Part shown: positions 27,470 to 42,000 of the stretch, in pieces
Layout: each line of letters opens with the position of its first letter
How positions within the stretch are numbered: position 1 is the first letter of the stretch
Origin: Paragordius varius
Taxonomy: Eukaryota > Animalia > Nematomorpha
Reading direction: 5' to 3'
Length of the DNA stretch: 64,000 nt
Assembly: GCA_964247055.1 (NCBI GenBank)
Contig: OZ176051.1
Span: forward strand, 5,766,001 to 5,830,000
Translations under genes and position numbers: made by a program
The notes under the pieces: model-generated
What the model saw: only the letters and a program-made list of their open reading frames with translations
Databases searched by the model: none
Told to the model about the DNA's origin: nothing

Positions 27470-28022
27470 GTTAATAACATGTTGAAAATTATCCATCAAA
27501 TTACACTTATTCCTTTTTGGGATAGTTGTCTACTCCAGGACTATTTTAATATTAGCAACCCATGACCTCTTGGGGTAGTTTTATATCCGAGAACGATTTA
27601 AAATTTAAATATATTAAAAAAACCGGAATTTAAAAATGTGGTTTCTTTAGCATTTGGGCACATTATACAAAAAAATTTTTAAAAAAATGGCCTATTTTTT
27701 ATATTTTTTTGTAAATTTCTGGTGCAACAGGGAAATAACTATATATGGTTAAAAATGTTAATAAGAACTTTGAAAAGCTTTCAAGGTACATTTTACCGGA
27801 TTTAATATCAGCTGTTTGTTTCCATCGTGTTTTATGTCCCAATTTTAAACTTTAGAAGTGAGAAAACTGTAAAATATAAGCTATAATACACGAGAACACT
27901 GAGAATTAAATTTTAACTAAAATAACTTTCAAAACTATAGTTTATTTACTTAATTGGGTTCTGGGATATAAAACTTCCCCAATATCTCAACTAGCAATAA
28001 TTGAAAAGGTTATAAAGTGCTA
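27470..28022. mobile_element. Dispersed MITE-like repeat (copies ~30470-31045, ~52410-52915, inverted ~56375-56680)
   Basis: Shared blocks ggggtagttttata, aatcagctg, ttttaactaaaat.ctttcaaaact; several copies end AAGTG|TTAA. Left boundaries approximate. Confidence 0.65.
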
Positions 28023-28134
28023 ATCCTAAATTTTTAAGTGTTTTATAGGTGAAACAATATATTATCTAATATAAAAATTTTTAGTGGTAAATATGTCTTT
28101 TGTTACACTATCAACAAAACTATCATTTAGAGTT

Positions 28135-28426
28135 TAGAGGGTCCAACACATCGCCCTCCAAGACTTTATATGCTGCCCGCGAAAAATTTAGTGCAAAAAA
28201 TGCAAACTATGCTCACGAAATATTTAATAAAATTAATATTAAACAATTTTTCTAAATTAATCTATCCAGTTGGCAGGAAGTATAAAAATGCTATATATTT
28301 GTATTTCCCAGGTTTATGTGTTAAATCGAAGAAATTATTTATAAATGCCCATATATATTCCGAATGCGGCCAGTTTGATGTTTGTGTGTATGCGGCCCGC
28401 GAAGGCATTTGCGTTGGATATCCCTG
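28135..28426. mobile_element. hAT (Charlie-like) MITE
   Basis: tagagggtccaac ... gttggatatccctg, gcggcccgcg motif, similar 8-bp flanks gtttagag/ctttagat. Confidence 0.6.
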
Positions 28427-28862
28427 CTTTAGATCAACTATGCATTTTATATGAAGCATATTTTAATTTGATTTCCTATTTAACCGTTATAAAATAAACG
28501 ATTAACAACTTGTAATTTACCATTGTTACCTAGGTTATAAATCATTGTTTTTTATATCTATTTGTTTAGATGTGACATCAAATAAAAATTGTCTAATAAT
28601 TTACCATTTTATGCTGGTTTTATTGCGTAGAATAAATATTGGTAAATACATTATAAAATCGATTCAAACTACTCCCAAGAAAAATTTATATTTTTATCAT
28701 AAAATATAAAGATTAGTTTAAACACCATTTAAGGAACAAAATCACTTGTTAAACATAGTTTGAAGTAATTTTATTAATGATAGTGAATTTTTATTTGATT
28801 CCGAAGACATGTCTAATTTAAATTATTCTTTAAATTTAAAATTATTAGGAAAAACCAATGTA

Positions 28863-29447
28863 TCTATATATTTATAAAAATGGAAAATGCTGGCTTTATG
28901 ATCTGTTTCCGAAAAACCAGTAAACCCATTCAAATCCAAATATCGACAACATATAATCATTAATGAATGCCCCGAAAATAGCTTCGTCCTTTTTTGAATT
29001 AGGCCCCCAGTTCGGGCTCACCCGTGTAAAAAATGCGTTTTTTTTGAAAACAGAAGTCCACAAAAATTGTGTCTTTGAGACAATTTTCCGGAGAACGTGT
29101 TGCACTTCAAATATGATTTTTGTTTACTTATTTTCGATTGCACCGAACATAGTCGGCTCGCTTTTTTAATTTAGGTCCTCTTTTTACCCGCTCCCCCTGT
29201 AAAATGCCATTTTTTTTCAAAAAAAACAAATCCACAAAAATAATTTTTTGATTCTATTTTTCCCCCAAGTAAACAATATATTAGTATGAATACACCGTTT
29301 TTAAATTCCTATGAGATCATAATTATTTAATAATGTTTCGAAATAATCCACATATATGGATCATTTTATTGTTCCTTTTTTCAAATAGACCCCCCAGAAG
29401 TCCGAAGGACTTTCTCGGGCTGCGTAGCAGCACGAGGTTTACGCTAG
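28863..29447 (+). mobile_element. Non-autonomous Helitron (585 bp)
   Basis: A|TCTATATATTTATAAAAATGG 5' end; 3' hairpin ctcgggctgc-gta-gcagcacgag, 7 nt, then CTAG|T; between A and T with no TSD. Confidence 0.85.
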
Positions 29448-30006
29448 TAATTCAATATTTGATTTATAAAATTATATACCCAAAGTTTCTGAACCAGGTT
29501 AAATAGGGGTACTTATAAAATGGGATATATTTATTATTATCCTATCCAACCTCATTTTAGTATCTAAATTATTAAACAGCACATGCGCACCATCAAAAAT
29601 ATGATGGTATTGGATTCAACATTTAATTAATACTACTGATGTTTGCTATGGTGATTTAATGTGTTTAATTAATTTATACAATCAATAAATATGCAGCCTA
29701 AGTATATGAAGTAATCATTCAAGTCAAAAAATATTAATTTAGGTACAGAAAATCATTATGCTTTTAAAATATAATCAATACATATATAAATAAAATTGTT
29801 TATACCTGTTATTTTTTTTTAATTAAAACATACTTGAAAGCCATTGATATCACTTAACACACAAGTTATTTTTATCATTTTACAATAAATACACTTAAGA
29901 AGCAAACTCATTGGCTATACCGATTTTTTTAAAAAATAAAATATATAGCAACTTTTTATTTATACGATTAATTTAATTAATTTACAACTTTATTCATCGT
30001 AATCTA

Positions 30007-33000
30007 ATGGAATATATTCAATCCTTATATTATAAATATTGCAAGGAAAACAATCTACCGATTGGGAATACTGATCTATTGAATTTTGCCAATTGTCCTG
30101 ATTTTATGAACTATTTGGATGATAATGACCCATTAAAGAACTATCGACAACAATTTAATATTCCTGATATAACAACCCTTGGTAAAAGTCAACAAGGTTT
30201 TAATTTAATTTTTACAACTTGTATATATATATATAATTTTCTTCCCAACATTATAACCAGATCCGACTCACTACATTTTACTGATATAGCTAGCCTTCAT
30301 CTTTGTTTTTTGTTATAACATTTGAAAAATTAATGAATTCGATGTATAAGTATGGGAAGTTTTCCGTATTTTTATATAATTAACATCTGGTTTCACAATA
30401 CAATACATAACCTTTTCTCTAAAAGCAGTTACATCTTAACAGAAATTACAATTTTTAGTAGATGATTATCATATAGTGTTTACCATATCTTTTATTCGGA
30501 CATTTATCCGAAATTTGGTACTTTAAACTGCTTTTTATACTCCATTATTTGGGGGTAGTTTTATAAACCTGATCGATTGAAATTTAAATATCTTAAAAAG
30601 TATTAAAGGTATTAAGCCGAATAAAATATGATTTCTTTGGCCTTTTGGCGAATTATACAAAAACAATTTAAAAAATGTAAAATTCTAAAAAAATATTTTA
30701 AATTTTTTTGCCGCCATTTTTTTCTATAATTTTTTTTAAATCGCTAATACAGGCAATAATTGTTTATTACGGTTAGAAAATTTCAATAATTTAAGCCTTC
30801 AGGCTACATTTTAACTCAAAAACTTGATATATTTTGATTTTATAATCAGCTGTTCGTTCTAGAGGTCACAAACACTGTAAAAAATATAACTTTCATTATC
30901 TAATGCATGGGAACAATATTAAATAATTAAATTTTAACTAAAATACTTTCAAAACTGTAGTTTATTTACCAAATTGAGCTGTGTGATATTAAACTACCCC
31001 AATATGTAAACTAGCACAAAAAAGTGAAAAGGTAATGAAGTGTTAATTAATTTTCATTATGGAATTTATTTAAAACCAATCTTGTGAGATAGCTATTGTT
31101 TTTATGGTTTTTTACATATGTTTGATAAAGTATCAAATTTTTATTACCATTTAAATTTTATTATTGTAATTCTAAACTTTTTGATGTAATTACAATCCCG
31201 CTGGTGGTTTCAATAAATAACATATTTACAGTAATTCATAGAAATAAATACTGTATTTCCAATATGTGTGGCATTTTTTTACGTTTACAAGTTGTTTCAG
31301 CTGTATATTAATAATTACATGTACATATATATTTATCTGTACATATATGTCCCTTTTCGGTACACATATATGAGAGATACAATAACATTGCAATATGTCC
31401 CTACTCGCTACATATCTTATTAGGGAACTCATTGCATATGTGTTGTGCATACTTCGATAATTAATTTTTTAAGTTTGATATATAATTTTTTTTATAAAAA
31501 ATAGGTTTTTATGAATTTATTTAAGGAAGGAGATATTTAGAATTTATGTATAGCTTTTTTGAAGAAGATAGTACAGCTGAAAGTTTGCCATCAACATCAG
31601 ATTCAAACTATGGGAACACAATAATAACTCAGACTCCGAGGATCAAAAAAAGTATTTTTTCATCGTCATTTTAGGGCAGTATTGGTAAGGTGACCAGATT
31701 TTTTGAAGGAAAAAGCGGGACAAATCTGAGAAGGGGGAGGGTCATTGGGGGGTACAACCAAAAATTTTTATACAAAAAATTTATTGTAATATATTTTTAT
31801 TTTTAAAACAAATACATTGTAAATATAAAAAAATTTGTACTTTACAGGTTGTTTGTACCTTATTCAATAAATTTACTGCACGAACAAAGGGTGAAGTGAT
31901 GTAATATTCTAGAAAAAAATAATAAAGACGAAATCATCACAAAGTGCGCTGGGTGATGCAAGAAGCGGCACAAAAAATATTTTTAACAATTTAGCGAATA
32001 ATCTTAATCAAAACATTATTGGCAGATACACAACGCTATTCAAACAGCTACTGATTTGTTACCCCTGGATGTGAAAAATATAGATGTTAAAATGCTTGGA
32101 TATTGTAGAACTGTTGATAAGCTCTTTTGCCAGCGATTGAAATATTTATAAAAATGTGATCTCCTAGAATCCTATTTTTTATCACAGAACAATGGTCAAA
32201 ATTCCAAGTCAAAAAAGGAAAATAATTTTATACCATTACCTAATCGCAATATTATAAAGCATCCAAAAAAACAAGGCTTAATGAATAGCCAGAATATAAA
32301 AATGTTTTATACAAACAGAAACGATTATTTGGTAGACAAGACGGTGCACAATGACACTTTTTTATGAAGTCTCATTGTTAAATAAATATATTGAATGAAA
32401 ACTTATATTATGGACAACAGAAAAAAATACGTAGGATAGAAATGGTTAATAATCATTTTTAAACAAATTATGTTCCATACAATAATATTTTAATTGTAGA
32501 ATTTGCATTATCTTTACCTGAACCACTGCTATTGAACGCGTTTTTCCACAGTAAATTAAGTAAGGACAAGGAATCAAATTTAAATGTTGAATAAGTGCCA
32601 TTTTATGTGTTTAAATATAATTTGAAAAATTATGAAGACTTATACAATATTTTAAGTAATTTTGTTTATTTTTTAACATATTTATAAAAATATAAGAAAA
32701 TATTTTATTCTTTGGTATAATTTTTGTTTGAGTGAATGCGTTTTAGCAGATTGTCATCATTTTTTAGTCTTCACAAGAATTTGTCAAATTATATTTGACA
32801 GATAAAACGGCCTTTAAAGGTTCAACAGTTAATTTTGATTTTTCCGATGTCCACACCTGATTTACTGTGGAAAAAACGCGCTCAGTAGCAGCGTTGGTTC
32901 CAGGTAAAGATAGTAAAAATTCCACAATTATTTTTCTATTATTGTATGTATTATAGTTGGCTTCAAAATGATGAAATATTTCCAACCATTTCTTTTCTAC

Positions 33001-36000
33001 CGTATATTTTTTTGTCCATAATTTAAGTTTTTCATTATTAATATATCTATTAACTAAGAATTTTTGGGGACAGATATAATCAAATGATTTTTTAACATCG
33101 CACCAATTAGATTTTGGTTTTGATGTTATCCAATGAAAATGATCAATTTCATTGAATTGCGTCGTCCAGTCTTCCAAATAATCTTTACAGTTTGTATAAA
33201 ACATTTTTATATGGTACAGGATATCTTGGCGATTTATTAAGCCTTGTTTTTCTAAATTATTTATATTGCGGATGGTTAATGGTATAAAATTATTTTCTAA
33301 CCTTTCTTGACATTGGAATTATGTTCTAACTTAATTGACTAATTCAATTGCCGAAATTTTGTCACCTTCTATCAATTTAATAACATTTTGAAAGAGAGAA
33401 GCTTAATTATGTAGGGACTCTAACCATATTTTTGAAGAATCACTTTCAAAAAATTTTCCAAAGTTGTAGGACATTTGTCCTGTGATAAAAAATAGGATTT
33501 TAAAGGATCATACATTTTTAAAATTCTTTCGATAGCTGGCAGAAAAGCTAACCAACGAGTTTTACAATATCCAAGCATTTTTTGATATTGAACTTCTGCA
33601 TTTTCACAGAATTCCTTAAGCGTTTCAACGCGTACCCTGTGTACATAAAAAAGATATATTTTAATAACTAAATTTTCCACATCTAGGGGTAACAAATCAG
33701 TAGCTGTTTGAATAGCGTTGTGTAAATGCGCTGCACACCCAACGCCAATAATGTTTTGATTAAGATTATCTGTAATTTATGAAAAATATTTTTTGTTCCA
33801 CTCCTTGCTTTTCCACCGAAGTTCGTAATGGTATCAGAGCAATATGCGATGATTTTGTCTTTTAAATTATTATTATCTTAAAATATTCATTATTGAAGTA
33901 AAACTTATGTCGGAATTTACACCGGGAAGCGAAATAAAATCTAAAATTTTAATTACTCCAGTTTCTGGATCAAAATATCTTATTAAAGTGGGAAATAATT
34001 TTGTTTCCTTGTGAGATGCATCAAATTATAGCGATATGAAATTAATTTTCAGCAAATCTTTTTGTATTTCAGAAAATGCATGTGGCGAAAGGACATTGCA
34101 TTCAATGGCTTCAGCCCTTGTACGGGCACATGTAAATTTTTTATTGAATAAGGTGTGAATAATCTGTGAGGTACAGTTCATAGATCTAAAGGAATGATTG
34201 TGATTAACGGCGTGAAAAGATAACACGCCCTCAGCTAGTGCCACATTCTTTTTTTCCTCTCCAAAAGCGGTTTTTCGAAAAAAATCGCTCATTTTGTAAG
34301 ATGATGCCGCCATATCTAAACATTTTATCATGTTTCTGTGTTTCCATATGCTTTGTAATATCATGCTTGCCGCCATGTGCTAGGGTGAATTCCCCCTCGC
34401 ATATAAGACATTTAACAGATGATTCATTCTTCGTTTTTTTGATAAAAGGTAAATCTTTCATTAATTCATCGTTAAATTTATAACCTTGTGCTCATATTTA
34501 TAAACTACTATTAGTATAATAAATATTATATTACCTTAATTTTCTGAAATAAACGTGTAAGGTACCGATTTGTGGTATTAATTTCTCTTTTTAATAATGT
34601 TGGCAAGTAATAAAACTAAAATATTAGTATAATAAATATTATATTACATTAATTTTCTGGAATAAACGTGTAAGGTACCGATTTGTGGTATCAATATTTA
34701 ATCTAGAGATTTAGTAGGAAGGAAAGTGTATAATCATTTAATATAAATTCGAAAAAATTAAATAATAATTTAAAAATAAAAAATTTTAATTTAAAATTTA
34801 TATAGATATTAAAGATATTTAATGATAAAAAATTTAAACGGATAAAAAAAATTTATTTGTATTAAAAATTTTTTTTTTATATAATCGTGAAAAAGCGGGA
34901 CATTTTAAAACGTAGCGGGACGCGGGACAAAGTGTGAAAAAGCGGGACTGTCCCGCCAAAAGCGGGACGTCTGGTCACCTTAAGTATTGGTGTAAAAGAA
35001 CATCCACCTTTTTTCATTACACATGAAAAACCAAGTCGATGGTTTTCGATTTCTTAGATATGTCAGAATCAAGCATAAATCGATTGCGACAAAAGTTATG
35101 CGAGGAGAGTCAATGATCATGACTATACAAATCCAAACAGATGATAATTTGAAATTACAGAAATATCTCACTGATATCATCAAAGATAAGAATCAAATAT
35201 ATTTGGAATTAACATAAATCGCATATGTGCGCCATAAAACTGGTATAAAAATTAAATTATACAAATCTAAATATTGTTTTGATTAGATTTCGCATGATGT
35301 ATTGGAGCGTTATCTTACACAATATAATCATCCGGTGAAATCACTTTCCTGGCATCTTTAAGAAAACTGCTAAACCTGCAGCGTCATAACTGCCGATTTT
35401 TATTTCATACTTTACCACCCCTAAAATAAAATAAATAGATTACCGGAAATTCCAATCATACACAATAAAGATACGTTAGGAGATTTGGGTCGTCTTTTTA
35501 TAACCACAGATTTTCCCGAGGGGGCCCACCCATAACAACTTTTAGTATTTATATTAAATCCACATTCATCCACATAAAAAAGAACCATGTATAACTGATA
35601 TTATCAATGACAATAATCATATTTGGAGGAAATTTAGAAATATATTCTGGAAAACTTCACCGTTTCCTGACCCACCCTTTGAAAATGTTTGAAACACATG
35701 AATATGACATACAAAAGAGGTTATTTGAACCCATACATCGTAAAACGCCCCTAAATTTAGACAAACGATTTCAATATGCCAGGGAAGTATTACAAAAAGA
35801 CATGGATCTTTTTTATGTGGATGAATGTGGATTTAATATAAATACTAAAAGTTGTTATGGGTGGATCCCCTCGGGAAAATCTGTGGTTATAAAAAGACGA
35901 TCCAAATCTCCTAACGTATCTTTATTGTGTATGATTGGAATTTTGGTAATCTATTTATTTTATTTTAGGGGTGGTAAAGTATGAAATAAAAATCGGCAGT

Positions 36001-39000
36001 TATGACGGTGCAGGTTTTAGCAGTTTTCTTGAAGATGCCAGGAAAGTGATTTAACCGGATGATTATATTATGTTAGTTAACGCTCCGATACATCATGCGA
36101 AATCTAATCAAAACAATATTTAAATTTGTTTATACCAGTTTTATTGCGCACACATGCGATTTATGTTAATTCCAAATATATTTGATCCTTATCTTTGATG
36201 ATATCAGTGAAAATTTTCTGTAACTTCGAATTATCATATTTCCTCTTTCGGCCCTGATTAGTGATGATCAACTCTCCTCACATAAACTTTTGTCGCAATT
36301 TATTTATGCTTGATTCTGATCTATCTAAGAAATCACAAACCATCGACTTGGTTTTTCATTGTGTAATGGAAAAATGTGGATGGCTTTTTATATCATCTTT
36401 TATATCAATACTGCCCTAAAATAACGATGAAAAAATACTTTTTTTGATCTCCGGAGTCTTAATTATTTAGGTGTTCCCATAGTTTGAATCTGATGTTGAT
36501 ATCATATGTACTATCTTCTTCAAAAAATTACATAAATTCCAAATATCTCCTCACTTAAATAAATTGATAACAACTTAATTTTTTATAACTAAAATTATAT
36601 ATCAAACTATTAATTATCGAAATATGCACACATAACATACTGATTAAAACCTAATTTTTATAAAAAAATTATATATCAAACTTAAAAAATAAATTATCGA
36701 AGTATGCACAACACATATGCAATGTTATTATATGAAATGTAGCGACATATTTTAAATATTAAAAATATATTTATCACAATTTAGAACTTGAAAACAATAC
36801 ATCAATCTATTTAAATGGTAACTCCCTCGGATTGCAACCAAAACAAGGCATCGAAAATTTAAACAAAGAAATACAAAAATGGGCTGAATGGTTTATTTTT
36901 ATTAAAAAAAACATATTTAAATCAAATATAATAAGCTGAACTATCCAGTTAATATTTACGTAATATATATCAATCTCGACATAGGGGTTCTCTCGGCTAT
37001 TTTCATCAGATGTCTAATCAAGATCTAAAATGGACGGAATGCGAAGAAAGCCTAAAAGAGGGATGTGCTTATCTTATAGGTAATTATTTAAACATGTGGG
37101 TTAATTAGTTTTAACTAAATTTTTTCCTATCAACGATTATAATTAATTATAAAAAGCATCGTGCCTTTTTAGTATAATTTATAGTTAATTAAGAATTTTC
37201 GCATAACCTAAAAAATATGATCGTTTTCATTATAGCCTTATGATATTATACATTATATATATTAATGAAGAAAGATCGATATTAATGCATCTATAAAATT
37301 ATCTTATTAAATATTTTTTTGAAATTTACAACATTGGATAGGACCGGAACCGGCTCGTGTTATAGTTTAAACCCGTCTGTTTAAAAAATTAAACCAGGGT
37401 TTTTTTTCCACTAATCACACCAATTTCTTCTCAAATCTCAGAAATATTGGTTTGGTCTCGTTAACCGAAATTATTTTAATAAATACCAAAATAGTTTATA
37501 AACAAAACAAGATCTTCACAGTGTAAATCCCCAAACTTTCTAAATTTTTTGTAGTTTTGTTGCATTTTTTTAAAAAACATGATTTTACGGACTTTTAATA
37601 TTTTAGAAATGTGGAAAAACTCATTTTTATTTGTGGTGCGCACAAAAGTATTTTTTGGAATTTTTAGTTAATAACACGACAAACAGTTCAAAAAATATTT
37701 AAAAAATATACTTAACTAACAACACTGAAAACAAATAATATAAAATTCATTCTACTATCCATATATACCCACCTATATTATATATTAATTATTGAACTTT
37801 ATCAAAAAAAATATTTCATTCGTGGCTATAAAAATATATAATATATTATCTAGGAGCTGAACCCGATGATGTTGCCTGTCTCAATGCATTAACTGTCAAC
37901 CTTCATCTTTTAATGGTTCCATTTTTAAATATAATGTTACAGAGTTTCTTTTGCCTTCAAATATTTCTTATTTAAGTTCCTTTTTAAATTTTAATACAAT
38001 CTAATTGTTTTGGTTAATAGATATAACTATCCATAAAAACATCATAAAAACCAAAAATTGTTACATTTTTAGCAAAAAATTTTACAGATAATTATCATGC
38101 AACTGAATGTAAAAATATAATTATTAATATAAGTATTAGGATAAAATATAAAAAATTATAACGTTTTTCGGAAATATCCTAGATCCACACATTCTGCATT
38201 TAAAAAACTATCGGAACCGTTTTATAACCATGTGTTGTTTTGTAATTTTGTTCAAAAACGGTTTCAGTTATAATTTTAAACTATATTTGCTCTTTTTAAG
38301 AAAATTTTTATCTAATTTACAACAAATTTTATTTATTCAGTCGTAGTTTCTTTGTGTTTTTATGAAAACGCGTTGTATGTTGATTTTCTAAAGAATTCCT
38401 AGTTGCATGCATGCGATTTTTTAAATAAATATTAATATAACTGTTATAAATACAGTATGCATTTTAATGATTGCTTATTCCACATCAGTGATACTCAAAC
38501 CGCGGCCCGCGGGCCGCATGCGGCCCTAAGAGTGCTTTAAAATTGCCCTTTAACACATAAACGAATTTTCGATTATTTTTCTATTAATTTATTTTCTTTA
38601 GATTTCATTTTGGTATTTTTTTTTTCCAATTCGATATGTAGAAAAATTTCCCTACATTAAAATAATTATAAAATTTTTGCACACGTTCTTTCTGTATTCT
38701 ATTTTCTTTATTTTGAAATTTTTATTGCATTCCTTTTTTGTATTTAAGCAAGCCTTTCACCCAAACTTGCATATACATAATCTTTTCCTAGCTATCCTGC
38801 CTCATTTTATATAACTCATTCCCATAAAATATTTTTCAAATCCACATCATTAAATTTCGACCTGTTTTTTTATAGCATATCAAATATTCCTATTTTTTTG
38901 AAAAAATTTACATAATATTTAACCATAAATATAAAGGATGACATCTAAGGCTAAAAAACGTAAATTATCCGATGAAAATCGCCCTTTAAAAAGTATGGGA

Positions 39001-42000
39001 AGAAAAATTCTTTCTCGTTTAAAATAAAATTGTTGTTACCAGCCTTATATGTAAGGACAACATAATTATAAAAAAATACAATATTGAAAGAATTTTACAT
39101 TCCATTTTGCTCATAAATTACCAGAAAATGAGGAATAACGAAAAATATAAAAGGATTAAGGAATTGTACAAAGAAAAATCTATTATGTCCATAGCTTTCT
39201 CCCAGGAAAAAGTTGTATAATTAGCTTCGTATGAAATTTGTTATATTTTAGAAAAATTATGAAACCGTTTACTGATTTCCAACTAAAAGAATGTCTAATA
39301 TTTGGTTGCACTTTTTTATTTGATAAATTCCATATAAAGATCAAATCATGAGGCAAATTAAAAAACTTCAACTTTCTGAACATGTGCTGGACGCATTGAA
39401 GATATGTATTAATATCTTTTTAGCGATACATTATTGGCTCTGAAAAACTGCAAATATTTTAGTATTGATTCTAGCACTGATATTAGTACAACATCTTAAT
39501 GTGTGCTCTTTGTAAGATTTTGCAACGGCAACATAATCAACGATAAATATTTAAAATTTTTACTAATGAATAATACCACGAAAGGAAGTTATTTTCTCGA
39601 AATAATTAAAACTTTTTTCGATAATAATGGTATATCTATGAAAATCGGTTTCGATCTGCACAGATGGCTGTCCCTCTATGATTGGAATAACCAAATGATT
39701 TATTCCTCTTTAAAATATTTTATCCTTTCACTGCTTTATTCATCAAACTTGGTTTCGCGTGTAAAAGATGAATCACTCAGTTCAGTAATATAAACGGTTG
39801 TGGATATAGTTAACCACATCCGTGGCAGAGAATTCAACCGCCGTAAATTCAAAAACCTTCTGAAAGATATCCACAGTGAGTTTGAATATATACTTTTGTA
39901 CATTGCTGTGAGATGGCTAAGCCTTAGCAAAGTACTGAATAGATTTTTTGTTTTAAGACATGAAATTTTAATATTTATAAAAGTTAACAGAAAGTTTCAC
40001 GAGGAAATTTATAGTGACATATGGTGGGTTTTATTAGCCTACCTTTGCGACATTACTTATGAACTTTTTCAATACGTCGTCAAGGAAGCAAAATAATAAC
40101 CCAATTTGCTAATGAAATATATTTAAAAAATTAATAATATAAACTAGATTTTATAAATTAAACACTTCTGTATTCAACTCTTAAAACGATTCATGAAGAA
40201 AATATGGAATTTACCGCGGAGATTAATTTAATAATATCTAACATTTTTATCTAATGAGTCAGTTTCAAAAATTAAGATATATTAAATATTGCCTAAAACT
40301 CGTTGAATATCCATGGCATATGGATATATCCAGCATTAAGCGACTTGAGCACTTCGGTTTTGATCAGGCGCCTATCATTAAAGATGTAGGTTTTAAAAAT
40401 TCCAATTTAAATAGTCAAAGAGAATCGTAGAGAAGAAAGATATGTAGAGTTTTGGCAAGATGTGCCAAATAAATGTGAAAATATAAAAAAATGTACTGAA
40501 GTTATCCTAACTCTTTTTCCCTGAACTTAAACGTGCAAGACGTCATATTCAAAAATAAAATATCTCAAGAATACATACAGAAAGTGCTTAACCGATGTTC
40601 ATATGGACGACGTATTAAGATTGGCCTGTCATGAGGTGAAACCAAATTTGTCAAAAAATATTGGTTAATATCGAAAAAAAAATTTTTATCAAAATATTTT
40701 ATTTAAACTAAATGGTTAACCAGTTTTTAGCTGGATTTACATGCGATCCGCAAAAAATTCATTGTGCTGATTTATAGTATAAATATGTGCATATGTGTTA
40801 AATAGCTATGGAATTATTATAAGGGAATGGCCCTCGAAAAAAAAATATATTTTATTTGGCCCGTCAAATTTTTTTGGTGAGTACCACTATAGTTGGTCCA
40901 TTCGCAGCACACTAGTTTATGGAAACTAAATTGTGTGAGTAACGACGAGGGTTTGTATTGTAAATGATGTGGAAATCGTCGTAAAATATTTTCACGATAT
41001 TTACTATGATTCCCTTATCATAAAACAAAAAATGTTGAAAACACAACTATTTCTTACATTATTTTGTTTGTTGTTTTCCATAGACTACCGTATTGCAAAT
41101 TGCCCAACTATAGTGTGAAATATTAAAATGCATATCTCAAAATAAACAAAAAAAATATTTTTGCTGCTATTTATTTTTCCAAATTTTTCGCTGCGAATAA
41201 AATAAAACTAATGAGCCTTTTTTATTTTATAAAAATATTAAGCATTTACAATATGTTAATTATGTAATTTTGTGTAGATATCATTTTATCGGCCAAATGC
41301 CAAACGTTACAAAATTTTGGTTGAAGATAAAATATTCCCATCAGATTTTTATGCCATAGAATCGCAAATTCGGTTTCATGGTTACGATCCGGATAACGCG
41401 TTAATTATACTTAAACCACGTGAGGTTCTAACTATATTTTTAAAAGAAGATATTAAAGTATATATAATTTTTCGTTTTGAATTGAAATTTAAACAGTTTT
41501 TCAATTTAATTATGCAATCTGAATCTAAGGAAAACCCAGATAAATATAAAAAAAATATTCGTTATAGGGGGAACACATTTTTCGGACAGAAGATATTTTA
41601 CACACAATCTCACAACTTGGTGACGAAATTGCATTGATATTCTTAAGTGCGGTTCAATATTATAGTGGTCAGTTGTTCAATCTAAAGGCCATAACAGCAA
41701 AGGGAAGAGAACATGTATGATTGATAGCATTGATATATATATGTATATATGCAAAAATTTAATATAATATTATTGACTCTTTTATGGTTTAAATAACCAT
41801 AAACTAGTCGAGAAATCTGTTACGGTTCTTAAATAACGCAGGTATTTAAAGGTTTATTTCATACAATATAAATCCTACCCTTCATAAAAATGGAAATTAC
41901 ATATAAATTGAATAATATCGTTATTTACAATAACTTATGATGAAATCTGGAAAGGGCACAGTACTCAACTTGTGGCAGTTATTAATAGCCCTTAAACAAA

